From Piedraia hortae CBS 480.64 (Eukaryota), in assembly GCA_010093745.1 (NCBI GenBank), contig MU005991.1, forward strand, positions 69,678 through 133,677: a stretch of DNA of 64,000 nucleotides, written 5' to 3'. This document shows, piece by piece, positions 37,732 through 50,329 of the stretch. Both the position numbers and the translations under genes were made by a program. Below the pieces are notes generated by a model, which was not told the origin of the DNA, ran no database searches, and worked only from the letters and a program-made list of their open reading frames with translations. Every line of letters begins with the position of its first letter. Positions within the stretch are counted from its first letter, which is position 1.

Positions 37732-40700
37732 TCACCACCGCCCTTCGGGGGTGGGTAATTGAGCTCTATGATGCTGTGCATTATCCCATTTCGTTTCATC
37801 TCGATGCATGGAACGAGGCTGTCTTTCGTCTGCCAGTTCCGGCTCCCGACACACTGGCTGCACAATTTCCTGCTTGGCTTCATCCGGTACGTAAACGACA
37901 AAGGTGGGTGTGCCTCGAAGTCCGCCACCGTACCTGCGCGTGTGCTTGAAGATACTTTCTTCCACATCGTGAGGCGGCACCTTATTGACATTGCCGTCAT
38001 TGTACTTGCGCCAGATATTGCGTCCGAAGTCGCGAATAAAGGTGAAGTAATGGCCGCCAGCCGAGCCGCCAGAGTGCACAAAGACAACTGCCAAACGATA
38101 CTTTACCGTTTTGAACTTGTCGTCTTCAAAGAACTGTTGCAGGGCCTGCTGCTTCTCTGCAAGCGAGGTTTCCAGATCAGACAGCCGTTTTGACGAACTC
38201 TCTCCCTCTTTGGCGAGCTCTTCTGCCAGGCCATCTGGGTCGTCAAGAGACTCCAGACCCGCCTCGCCCAGGAGATTATTGACGTCGCTCAGCCCACGCA
38301 AATAATCGGTTGTGTGTGTAAGAGCCGACGGGCCGGTGGTTGAGTTCCCCACAGAGCGCGCGCCCTTTGCATAACCTCGTGCGATCCAGTCCCTTTCGTG
38401 TTCCATCTTCACCACTTCAGCACGTAGCTTCCAGAACGCCTGGCGTCGGGTCTTTATATCCGCGTCGTCTGACTTGCGGTCAAGGAATCGATCGAGGTAT
38501 ATTTCATCCTCTAATCGGACCTGATACTCCACTTTGAACGTGCGCTGCTCCTCCTTGTTGTACGAGTTGTGGGGGATGTTGATCTGCAGCAACGAAGGAG
38601 GGTCCCGCATCGTCTTGAAGAAGTAAGATTCCTTTTCCTGTTGGAGGCGCGATCCCAGCGCAAAGTAGTCGTCTAGGAGCGTGTTCAGCTGCGTGTCTTT
38701 TTGTGGCACCGACAGTTGAATGCTGCTGTCCTCTGTATCTTTCCCTGTCACGCCTCCAAGCGGAAACCCCGAAGCATCCGTCGTCGTCTCCGTCATACCA
38801 ATAGTATAGAGCTTGGACAAGACGTCTACCTGTTCGTTTGAACTGTCGTGGCCTTGCGGCTTCAAACCCGCACGCAGCCGCATCATGATGTTGTCGTGCA
38901 CTTCGACCGCATCGTGCTGCTCTCTAGCCACTTTCTCCACTGCTGTCCGTATCTCTTCGTCACTGACCTTCAGAGCGGCCTCTGGCTTTGTTGTCGTTGC
39001 CGTTTCTTCGTGTGGCTTTGCAGGTTCGGCAACTTGAGACGGTTTCGCTTCGTCGATTTCCATTCCATTGCCTTGAATGGCGTCGTTTGCATTGTCCGAC
39101 GGCGTCTTGGGGCTTTCAACTTGGGTGGAAATCTCCATGGCATCGGCCGAAGAGTCCCTACCTACTGTCTCTGAAGACTTGAGCTTGCCATTGTTTAATC
39201 GCTTCAAGGGCGGAGACTTTGAAGGTGGTCGGCCGCATGGTTTTTCCTCAGTTTGGCTCTCCACTGCATTTGCAACCACGTTCAACAGTGTCCCATCAGG
39301 AGCCAGGACCGCTTCAGCACACTCTGCCGGAGCATCGGCCATCTTGGTATCCTCATCCTTGTCTTTGCTCTGCGGTTCTTTACCTGCTTCACTGCCCTGG
39401 TCACTAGCCACTGCGGTCCCATCGCTAGAGGACGGCGCAGCCGGTTTGGCAACTTGTCCTCGATCCAGCAGGGCATAGTACCTGGGATCTAGGAAGGCCC
39501 TCTCCACAAGCTCCTTCTCGGCAATCGTGGTTGGCCCAAACGTCTTGATCATGCGCCAGAACAAACGCTGAAGCGTAGCGGCAAACAGCTGACCGCCCTG
39601 TATCTCATCAGATTCGATGTTCCGCTGACCAACACGACACTCTTTGATAAATTTTCCGTCCGGGCCAGGTAACAGTTTGTAGTCGTCGTATTCCAGCACA
39701 ACGTTGCGAATGCCCGATATGCTGAAATAGTACTGTAAGATGCTGTTGAGATAGCACGTATTGCCGTAGCTCTCCAGGCCCACAGGCTCAGACACCTTTG
39801 GCAGTGCATTGGGCTCGTCGAAGCCAAAATGGGCTCGTAGCGTGGCAAGTGCCATGTCTGCCTTTGGATGGTTGGTATCGAACAGCTTTTGGTCAATGAG
39901 GGTGCCAAGAACTTCGGGGTTGACATCGTTGATGTTGACTCCCATGCCTATGACGGAACAGGCTTCTTCAATGCTCATTGCCGGCTGGTCATGATTCTCC
40001 GGAGCCTGTCTGTCCCTTGGAAGCATTCTATCAGCGTTAGCTGTAGCCCGATGGTGCCGGATTGTAGCCAATGCAGCGTCTGCCGTCAGACCGTTTGTGA
40101 CATCTGCGTGGACCTCAACACGTGTTAGCAAAGAATCACACGTGCAGCAAACAACAAACCTTGTCGTCGTGAAGAACTTTCAGGATTACATCATCAGTAC
40201 AAGTTTCGGCGCCCAGCCACTGCAGTGCGCTTTCGTACGTGTTGACAGGGGTTTCGGATACCCTGATCATTACGTTGCTGTTAATGTGTTTACCAAGGAG
40301 GTGTAGCCCTTCGAGTGTATGCGTCCAGGCGTCGGTATGGGTGTTATCAAATTTCTGGCCTCGCCTAATTTCGTTCAGGATTTGCACGTCTGAGGCTCCA
40401 GATGCCACCAGTCTCGGAAAAATATTGAGCTCCTTGCATACCTCCAGAAGCTCCCCACATGTGAGATTGCCTTGTGATGAGAGCAGACTGAACTTTGTCT
40501 GCAAGTCAACAGAATCTCGCGCTAAAGAGATGTTCTTCAGACATTCCATGTAATAAGCCTTGTTATTGGGATCCGTGTTCGTTTGGCAGTCATAAGCAAA
40601 CGAAATCCAGGCATCCGGAAAGTCAGGGAGTGCGCCGAGGCTATGAGCCTGACTGCGAGAGTCAGTCAACGGTCCTGCCATCCTGCGTAAACCTACGCTT

Positions 40701-41714
40701 TTATGCCTGCATTATCTCTGAACACGGGTGCATCTGTGGGCAACAATCAGTCTTCACAAAAATTGGCGTGTTTTTCTCAACTTACAGTCGGGTATACCCA
40801 GCACTCGATGCAGTTGAGGCTCCGCAGGTGGCCAGTCTGTTGTAGTAAACTGACTCCGCCAGCTCTGCACCTCCATTTGAACATCTTCCAAGTATTCACG
40901 CAGGGTGTTCGCCTGGCCTAAACTCCGGTGGAAGTAAGGTGGGTCTGGCAGTGACCAGCTACCATCCTGCAACATGTCAGCCACCAATACGCCGCCATTC
41001 TAGTCGGTTAAAGCTTACACCGCCATCCTTGAAGCCCAGACGAGTGAGCAGCTCTGCGCAATCCCTTCCGCTCTCCCCAAAAGCCTCCATAAACCTTTTG
41101 TTGTGGGGCTGAATGGTGCGCCGAGTGCTGTTACTGTTGAGTGCATCCCTAATATATGTATGAAGTCTAGTCAGAACTTCTAATGGAGTGACTTTTCGTA
41201 TATCTTCTCCTCGGTACTTTGTTTCCTGGAACCTCGATTCTAGGAGATCTTGACTTACAAGCAGCAGCCTATCACTCTCCGACAACCTAGGCTTGCGGTA
41301 GGCAATTAGCAGTTGGGCGCCACAATCCGCCAGCGAGCACCGCCACTGAAACACCACGTGCTCAGGCCTAGAGATTTTATGCTTCAATGGTACAAAGTGG
41401 TGAAGCGAAGCGATTGAGTTTGGACAGGATCGAGATTTGTTGCCGTTTTGAACCTCGACATCGACATGAACCCTGCAGAACTTGCATACCAGTGCAGCCT
41501 TGACTTTGGTGTTGACTGAGAGGTCCGGTTGCAGCACACTTTGCGTGGCTTTCAACGTGTATTCATGTGTACAAGCATTGGCTGGTGGTGAAGCTGCGGT
41601 TGAGCCCTCAGGTGGTGGGTGCTCTGTCAGAATCGGCTTGATTCCGGAATTGGCTGGATCGAACTGGAATATTTGCTCCACCAGTAGCGGAGGCAGCTTT
41701 CCGGGGCCTGTCAT
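37732..41714 (-). CDS. UBP2: Ubiquitin carboxyl-terminal hydrolase 2; introns 41018-40967, 40785-40734, 40696-40653, 40159-40114
   Basis: Cys box PVGLESYGNTCYLNSILQY, His box VFVHSGGSAGGHYF, WRKYNDG; N-terminal CxxC and HNKRF region; four canonical introns. Confidence 0.93.
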
Positions 41715-41935
41715 GTTGTTTAAAGTAAACGTAAAGTGTCAGCGCCAAATTGATGTTGACAGCCACGTGATTATCGCCACCCCAAACTAGCGCCCGACGA
41801 TCAGGGTCCATGCTGAGTCAGCGCGGATCCTGCCGTCAACCAGGCCGTCAACAAGACGTCATCACCGAAAACCTTTCCAACCAGCAGCAACCACAATGAT
41901 ACATAAGCATTAATAAACACTACAGTACTGCACAA

Positions 41936-43601
41936 CTACACATACGTCTCTGCACATGTGTACGAGGCAGCATCGTTCACGTTCCCGCCCTTGTAAGCAG
42001 CCACGAGCGGGTAAAGGCACAGAGGCCGTTCCATTGTCGAGTTTGTGGTGTTTGATGGCAGAGTCCGAGCATGTAGCGTGTCTGGAGCTACACCTTGCTC
42101 AACCCACTTGACCAAAGCATCAAAAACGCCGGTCGGGTTAGGTCCAGCCCCACCAGCGCAGTGGAAAACTCCAGGTGCCTCGAAGAATCGATAGTAATCG
42201 CGCACATGAGGGTCAAAAGCTTCGACGCGCTCGTAATAATTGACGGTCCCATTCTCCGGGATAAGCTGGTCAGCTATTCCTACGAGAAGTGAGCTTGTCA
42301 TCGTCCAGGTTTTAGTCCAACTTACCATGCCAAGTAATCATCTTCCCACCAGCTTCTTTGAATTCAGTCAAATCAGGATCAGATGTGCCAATGACCGAAG
42401 CGAACTCATTCTTTGACCGCATTATTACAGCCCTCAACGCATCTTCATCCATATTCGACGTATCATAACTCGGATCCTTGACGATCCAGTTACGGATAAC
42501 ATCAGCCGTGACAGGAAATGGCACCCCATAGCATTGCCGCTGATCATCATCACACTCAGTATTCGCCAGCCCCAACGTAGTCAAACCAAGCTTCACCGAA
42601 GTGGGCGTATCATACGTATTCCCATACCAAATCCACCTCCCATCTCGTTCCCTAGGCCCCTCCCAAATTCTATTCGCAACCTCCGCAGCATCTCTCGAAA
42701 TCCTCCTCTCCTCACCCGCACAACTAAGCCTCCGACCCACAACCTGCCTCGCATCAAACTTACACAACCACTGCGCAGCAATAACCCCATCCATGACCCC
42801 ATCCAACCCATCACAAGCCTCAATCGCCGCCTGCCGCAATGCCTCAAACTCACACTGCGAGGGCCAATACTTCTTCTCAAACATAACCACCTGGGGCCAA
42901 AAACCCGCTGGCGAGAACACATCCCAATTAATCGCCGGCGAAGCAGCCAAAATCCCATCATGGTCCGTCCCGTATCTCTGAGCAGACATCAAACCCTGCC
43001 TCCCACCTGTCGAGCAACCCGCCCAATACGAAAACTTCGGAGATACTCCATAAAACCTCTCAACAACACCCTTCCCAAACTTGGGCAAATCACCAATCGC
43101 CCTGGACGCGAAATCATTTATTCCATACCAGTTCGTATTCCCCGGCGAAGTAAGTGACCAACTTGTCGAGTTCGAAAGCTCCGCAAAAGTCCCAAAGACG
43201 GAATGACCCCCATCGGTATTCGCAGCTGCGTAGCCCATTTGAACCGGCTGAGCAAGTGCCCCTTCGCCGCCAGTGACCAATCCCCCGCCTCCAACGCTCA
43301 TATACCGCTCATTCCACTTGCCGTTTAACGGCAACCAGACATAGACATGCACTAGGTCATCCCAGCCGGGATGGGTAAATGAGACGGTGACATTACAAAA
43401 ATCGATAGGCCGTAAAACAGCTGGGTCAAGCCCGACACGATAGGTGGTGTTTGTGGTATACTGTAACTGTACCTTCGTCGTAACATCAAGCACCTCAGTG
43501 CCGAAGACGGTGAGATTGGAGAAGTAGAACGGGGCACAGCGGCGGGGATCGCCTGCTTGGGCGGTAGCGATGAGCGATGCGAGAAGAGAGGCAGGCTTCA
43601 T
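41936..43601 (-). CDS. Tannase/feruloyl esterase; intron 42325-42280
   Basis: Signal peptide, GCSTGGRQG, CDGLDGVMDG, GGKMITWHGIADQ, PGVFHC (CS-D-HC motif). Confidence 0.94.
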
Positions 43602-43888
43602 TGGGGAGTACGTATACAGTCTACATACTCCCGGTTTATGTACTGCAAACCCCCGAGCGGGGTAGGAAATTGCTTCTTCCTTGGATGGACAGTACAGACA
43701 GGAAAGAAGCAAAGAGGTACATCATGTACGTCATGACGTAGGCACACAACTGCAACGCCACAACGGCCAACAAAGAACGAACACAGCCACAATAGCAAGT
43801 GGCGAAAAGGAAGTTGTGACGTAATCAAAGCGGTCACGTTGCTCTCCCTCTTGTTCTTTCTCTTTCTCTCTTTCATTGTCAAATCAAA

Positions 43889-44193
43889 ATGCCGTCGGGT
43901 AATATGTTCCAGCAAGCGCAGGATGCTACGGGGTATGGGAAGAAGGACTACGTTGATAAGGGTAGGCTGTTTTACCCAAGGTGTGTTGGTTTTGCTGATG
44001 GGGATATCAGGACTCGACTCAATTGAGCGAAAGCTAGGACAAGACCCGAATAAACTCCGCTTCTTCAATGAGAAGGCCACCGATAAAGCTCGTCAGATGT
44101 AAGTATTCTGAGAGATGTTTGGACGTGGGTGGCTGATGAAACAGGTTCGAAAAAGCAACGGGCAAGAAGGTCCCCTCCAAGATCAGCAACTAA
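43889..44193 (+). CDS. Small (69 aa) conserved-looking fungal protein; exons 43889-43961, 44011-44098, 44145-44193
   Basis: Two canonical introns give MPSGNMFQQAQDATGYGKKDYVDKGLDSIERKLGQDPNKLRFFNEKATDKARQMFEKATGKKVPSKISN. Confidence 0.85.
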
Positions 44194-44260
44194 GAAGGTT
44201 AATATCCGAGTCATGTCGTAGCTATGTCTTATCCTGAAATGACAACCGTGTATCAAATGA

Positions 44261-46526
44261 TCACGTCTTCCCAAGTTTCATCGATGCCTTCTCCGCCCGT
44301 TCCTCATACTGCTTCACACCACCAGGCAGTACCTTTAACAGCCCCTTTGTAAGATGATAAACCGTCCCCCTTTTCCCTTCTTCTTCCTCCTCATCATCAC
44401 TACTCTCCTCATCCTCTTCATCCAACTCCCTCCTCGCCAAATTCTTCGTCGACTCCCCCTCAACCACACACCTCATAAACCACCTATCATGGGACACAAC
44501 TAAAATTGCCCCCTGATAACCCCTCAACGCTCCGGCTAGCCCCAAGATCGTATCCGCATCAAGATGCGTCGTAACCTCATCAAGGATCAACAGATGAGGC
44601 GGATCCCACAGCACCTCTGCGAGTGCAAGCCTCGCCTTCTGCCCCCCCGAAAGCAATCTCACCGGGACATCAGATGCAGTCTGGCCAACCAACCCCAGCC
44701 CGGACAGAACCCCACGAGCTTCTTGCTCACTCAACGCCCCCTTCGCAAGATCCATTAAATGATTGAGCGCAGACCCCTCACTCTCAAACCTCCCCCTCGC
44801 CTCCTGCGAATATACACCCACCTTTGCACGACTATGCCTCTTAACCTCTCCCTTGGTGGGGCTCAACCCCCCTGTAACAAGTCCCACGAGCGTCGACTTC
44901 CCCGCTCCATTCAACCCCACAATCCCCACCCTCTCACCCTGCTGCACCGTCAACGTAACATCCCTCAGTATCTCCACACCCTTTCCCTTCTGTCTCCCGG
45001 GGTAACAAAAACCCACACCCTCCAAAGAAACCACCGCTCCCGGAAACCTCAGCCCCCCTGGCTCAGTCGGGAACGCAACCCTCGGCAGGGGCTCAAAAGT
45101 CGGAACCTCAATCTCCGCCCTCATGGTAGTATGATACCCCGCCAGATCCCGATTAAGCTTAAACTTCCCCCCCTTCGCCGAGACCTCCAGTCCCATCCTC
45201 TCATCAAGTTTCTTTTTCCTCGACGCGGCTTGCTTAAGTTTCTTATCATCCCCCGTTCGTCTCGCAGCTTTGAGATTCTTCTCAACACTTCCCTGCATAT
45301 GTTTCTTCTGCTTCTCCTGCGCTTCCTTCATGCGGGTCATATACTTTGCGGTTTTAGCCCGCTGTAGCTCGTAAGCGCTGAGATTGCCGGTAAAGCCTTC
45401 GAGTTGGAGGTCGCGCTGCACGAGGAGGGAGTCGCATACGCTGTCGGCGAATAACCTGTCGTGTGTGGTGACTACCACCGTCGTCTTACCATCCAGTTCC
45501 TGGATGTATTTTTCTAGCCAGATTATAGATGGCAAATCGAGGAAATTTGTAGGTTCGTCGAGGAGTAAGAGGTCACAAGGCTGGTAGAGTGCGCACGCGA
45601 GATTGCAGCGGGTTTTCCATCCCCCGGAGAGGTGCGAGATTGGTTTGTTTAGGCTCTCTGTTGAAAAGCCTAAGCCCAAGAGGATTTTCTTCGCCCGTGA
45701 CTCGGCAGAGGAGGATTTTATGCCTTCGAGGGAGAGCTGGGCGGTAGTAAGACGTTCGTGGGCGGTTTCGATGTCATTGGGGGTGGAAAGGTTGAGCTGT
45801 TCGAGGGATTTTGCGAGCTCTTCTTCGGCTTTGATCAGTTGTTTGCGGGATTTGGCGCCGCGAGCTCCGCTCCGTCGGGCGGCAATTCGGCGCGCCTCGT
45901 CCAGCTCGCGCTCGAGCTGTTCGTGGTTAAGTTGGCGGAGGATTAGGGAAATTGTGGATGGGTCGTTAGAGTCGATTGCGGCTGACAGGCGTGATACTTC
46001 GGAGAGGAGGCGCTCGCGGTTTTTGTCGCTGCGGATGACGTGTTCGAGAACAGACTCGTCTCCGGAGAAGGAGAAACCCTCGGGGGTGAGTTGGGTTAGT
46101 AGGAGTATTCGCACGTTGCGCGGGATGCTGGGTATTAGGCCTGATGCAAGGGCCGTGAAGAGTGCTATAGCAGTCAATCAATCATACATTCAACACCCAC
46201 CACTAGGAATGAATTGGGAAGAGTATACTTACTCGATTTCCCAACCCCATTTCGTCCTGTAAGAACATAATGATGGCCCGGTTGCAGATTTAAATCCGCA
46301 TGACTCAGGATCTCGCGCTGCCCGACTGATACGCAGAGGTCTTTGACAACCAACTATCTCTTACTCAGCAAACATACTTCTTTTCTTTAGATTTTTAAAA
46401 TCGGGGTTGTGGAAGATTGACCTCTTTAAGACTGGGATCGTCGACTGCGTCGGCATGGAAACGGCTTTGCTGGGCAGTCACAGTGAGGACCCCTCCCTCT
46501 TCGTTTGCGACGTTCTTCTTAACCAT
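44261..46526 (-). CDS. ABC-F family ATPase (two NBDs, no TMD); introns 46421-46354, 46232-46165
   Basis: GRNGVGKST, LSGGW, LLLDEPTNFLD; GLNGAGKST, LSGGQ, LILDEVTTHLD. Confidence 0.92.
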
Positions 46527-47090
46527 TCTTTACAATCAGTTTCTTGGTGTCCCGGGATGGATGTGTACGATATAAATGTGATGACTCATAGGGTGACGTC
46601 ATGACCATATGAGGCGGTGGGGCAGCCTTGGCGGTGGGGGTTTTGTATTGAGTGCACAGGGGAAAATCCCGCAGGATTTCATGGACTTGGGTGTACTAGT
46701 TCTCCTAACTTACTCGTCCCGAATAGGAGCTAGAAAGCCGACGGGATCGGAAACTAATGTTAGTAGTTGGTCCAAGCCTACTGAGTGGTAGACGATGGAT
46801 AGACACCGATAGTGATCACTCAGTGGTGCGAAAAGCGATGGCTCGAGATGTATGGAGTTGCCGTGGAGAGTTGGTGTGGACAACTGAGATATCGCATGGA
46901 TGATAGAGCGATGGGAAGGAGAGGATGTAGAGTTGAAAGGGAGGTGATGATGAATACTCCTACAAACTGGCCTCAAATATCTCACAGCGAGATAACGTCA
47001 TTCAGCAAACCCTAGTCAGACGGCTGGCAGTTGATGGGCCAGGTTGCTTTAAGCAGTTACCTAGCCTCTGTAGTAGAGCAGAGTCGCTCA

Positions 47091-47342
47091 TCTAGGACAC
47101 TGGGAAACGATCTGTTATCAGGCCGTGAAAACGCCAGTGCACCTAACGGGAAAATGGCACATAGAGATAACCTCAACGGCCAAAAAAAGTACATAATGAT
47201 AATTTCCCTCTGAGGGTGCCGCCAGGCCTATGAACTACACACACAAAGCGCGCCTAACCCCGACAAAGCTACTGCCCCAGGGAAGCATCGCTCCACGGGA
47301 CAAGCAATGCTGCCTCAATAGGGACAGTGCTGTCGAACAGCT
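47091..47342 (+). repeat. Dispersed repeat, copy 2
   Basis: Aligns with 36055-36319. Confidence 0.9.
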
Positions 47343-47428
47343 AATCAACACAATGATCAACTTTTGTCATTCACATCACGACGTAACCTCATTTCTACTG
47401 AGTAATCCAGACCGCATCATCAATTACT

Positions 47429-49564
47429 TCAACCCCCCCTCTCTCCATACTCCTTCGCCCACTTCTCAAACTCCTGCAGCCCCTGCTTACTCACCGACGG
47501 ACGAATATTCACCAGACTAGCCACAAAATCCTGTATCTCAATCGGTCGGATATCATCCGGAGCCATATGCAGCAGCCGTTCCCCCAACGAACGCAACGGT
47601 CCCATAGCCGCATCTTTCGCCAACGCCGTAATATCCGAGCCCGAGAACCCATCAGTCAGATGAACCAACGTCGCAAGATCTTTATCACCCAAATTATGCT
47701 TCTGAGCTGAGAGGAGAGTCCGTAACTGCTGCTCTCGGACATGGTCTTCTGGCAGAGGAATATACTGCCGTCGCACAAATCGCCGACGGGCGGCCTCATC
47801 AATAGCCCATGGTAGATTCGTAGCGGCTAGGACAAGCACGCGCGACGCATCGTCTTGGTCTTTGCTTTCCCGTCCAGCAGCTGCTTTTTGCAAGTCGGAC
47901 CATTGGATGAAAAATTCGGTCTTCAGCCGACGAGAGGACTCGTGCTCGGTGCTTCCGCCTCGAGATCCTAGTAAGGAGTCGATTTCATCGACGAAGATGA
48001 TGCTTGGAGCCAGGACTTTTGCTAGACTAAAGAGAGCTCGCACGAGCTTCTCGCTTTCGCCGAGATATTTGCTTGTCAGACTGCTTGCGGATATGGCGAA
48101 GAAAACGCTTTTGCTTTCGGTCGCGACGGCTCGTGCTAACATGGTTTTGCCGGTGCCGGGCGGACCGAAGAGGAGCATCCCCCGTGCGGGTTCGCGGAGG
48201 CCTTGGAATAAGTCTGGTCGGAGGAAAGGGTAGACTACGGTTTCTTTTAAGGCGCTTTTGGCGACGTCTAGTCCTGCTACGTCGTCCCATTGCACTTGGT
48301 CTCCGTGGATGACGATCTCGTTGAGGATGTGTTTGGCTGAGGCTTCGTCGACTCCGCTTGGGAGGTTCTTCAGGGCATTTTCATACAAGGTCTTTCTGCT
48401 GTTGTCTTGCTCCATTTCTGTTGAGGTTTCTGGCTTCTCCTGTGCAGGGATTTGTCTCGATTGACTGACCGCCTTGCGAGCAACAAGAGGTGGAGGCTTT
48501 GATGCAGGTGTGCTTTCTGATAGATGTGTGGTGGGTTGCAACGAGTTGGTAGACGGGTTTCTCGGCGGTAATAGCGGTCGCGGTGGACGAAGCTGTTCTA
48601 TCGGCTTTGGTTGCTCCGTACGGGGACGAGTTGGAGAGGCATTGTTGTGATGGTGATAGTCAGATGAACCAGGCCTGTTTACAATATCACTATTCGATGC
48701 CTGCCATGGGTTACCAGGCACCAGGGATCGTGTATGAAAGTCCCACGAGACGGCGGTGTTTGGATTCGCGTTGTTGTTTGTTGAGGCCGGAGCACTGCTG
48801 ACTGCTGAAGTTCTGCCACCACCACCACCATCATCCATCGGCTTCCAAACTTGGGCAGCAGCTTTTGCTGCCGCAGGTAGTGGAACGGTTCGCAACGTGG
48901 GCACTGTTCTGCCCGATGAAGTACGCTCCCTGCCCGAAGACCGCAGCGTTTTCAACATGCTGCTTTTCTTATCTGGACTGGGAGTTCGCGACTGGCCCTG
49001 GAGTGTTTGCAGGCTGAGGAACCTTGGCTTATCTTGATGTAGACGCATTGTGGCTTCACGCGAAGAATGCTGGGGCCTCAGGGCCGGACGTTCTGGTTGT
49101 GAGGGACGAGGTATATCTGCATAATTTGCCCGCGGATTATTGTCATCACCAAGCCGCGCATGCTCTTTGGTCGCAGGGGCGCCTGACTTGTTCGGACTAT
49201 CATTAAGAGAAGGAACGACTCCATGTCCCTTGCGCTCTTTTATCAACGCCTCTAGCAACTCCACCCGCGCCTTGCACTGCTCTTCCATGGCTTTCAGGGA
49301 ATCCAGAAGCGCCTTCTCCGTTTCCAGTCGCGGATACCAGCCGGACGGCATCTTGTAGGCGTTGTGATATTGGATCTGATCGAGCGCATTATGCCAGCAG
49401 CGCAAAGCTTCCTTTTCATTGTTCTTTGACTCGTGAAACACGGCTGTCGAGCAAGCCAAATAGCAGTCATCTGGAGCCGTTAGTTACAACAGCATGAAAC
49501 TCCCAAATGTAAATTTACCGTATGTTTTCTGCATCACAGAAGCCGGCGTTCCCTTGCGCATCAT
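47429..49564 (-). CDS. Spastin/fidgetin-family AAA ATPase (Sap1/Yta6-like); intron 49518-49471
   Basis: WDDVAGL, GPPGTGKT, IIFVDEIDSLL, AATNLPWAIDEAARRRF, Vps4_C-like tail. Confidence 0.92.
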
Positions 49565-49708
49565 TTTGCCAGCTGGGGCAGTATGGCATTACGGACAGGT
49601 GCAAATATTGTCAACAAAGCCACAGTTGGATGTGACATGTGCCTGTGTGACGTAGATGCCACTGCCCCACCAACAACCGCCTCAGCAAACGCAGTGGTTG
49701 TTGCGGTA

Positions 49709-50293
49709 TGTCACGGGATGACCAGTTCAAATTCAGGCCAGTATAGTGCAGTCGCTATAGAGTGGCAACGATCTTCATGGGCATTACTGTCGAGATCGTG
49801 GTAACCTTTTTTTTTCCCTTACGAATAGCCTTGATTCTCCCGTAGACGACCACACTGCTACAGCTGAGCCATACGAATAGTCTGACATCTAGAAATTGAA
49901 GAAGCCAACCACATGGGAATGTCTAGACATTGAAAACTCTATCCAACAGTCTCACACAGCTCGTCTATTAAGTATTGCATCGGCCCAATGCGATGGGTAG
50001 TGACTGCGCAGCCCAACGCAATGATGCTCAGGCATCGAGAAAACACATCAATTCGTCCAACAGGAACGCACAGAATTGTTCTCTGCCAAACTGCTGACTG
50101 CACAAGTGAGGTCGATGTTGCCTGTTTCGGTCTAGTGAGATAGGTTCGGACCGTGCCGTGCAACTCCATGAGAGAGGCAGACAAAATGGAACCTACTCGT
50201 CTGACGATGGACGAGAAAGCCTTGTAGACCTTTGAATCGTAATCACGGTAAATAGAAGTCAAGCTACCTGGTGCCATCCGAACTGCCGTGACA
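49709..50293. mobile_element. Candidate solo LTR in a divergent promoter
   Basis: TGTCACGG...CCGTGACA 8-bp terminal inverted repeat, 585 bp; no TSD. Confidence 0.35.
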
Positions 50294-50329
50294 ACACCAT
50301 AGACTCCACCCGTTGCGCCTCTCAACGCA

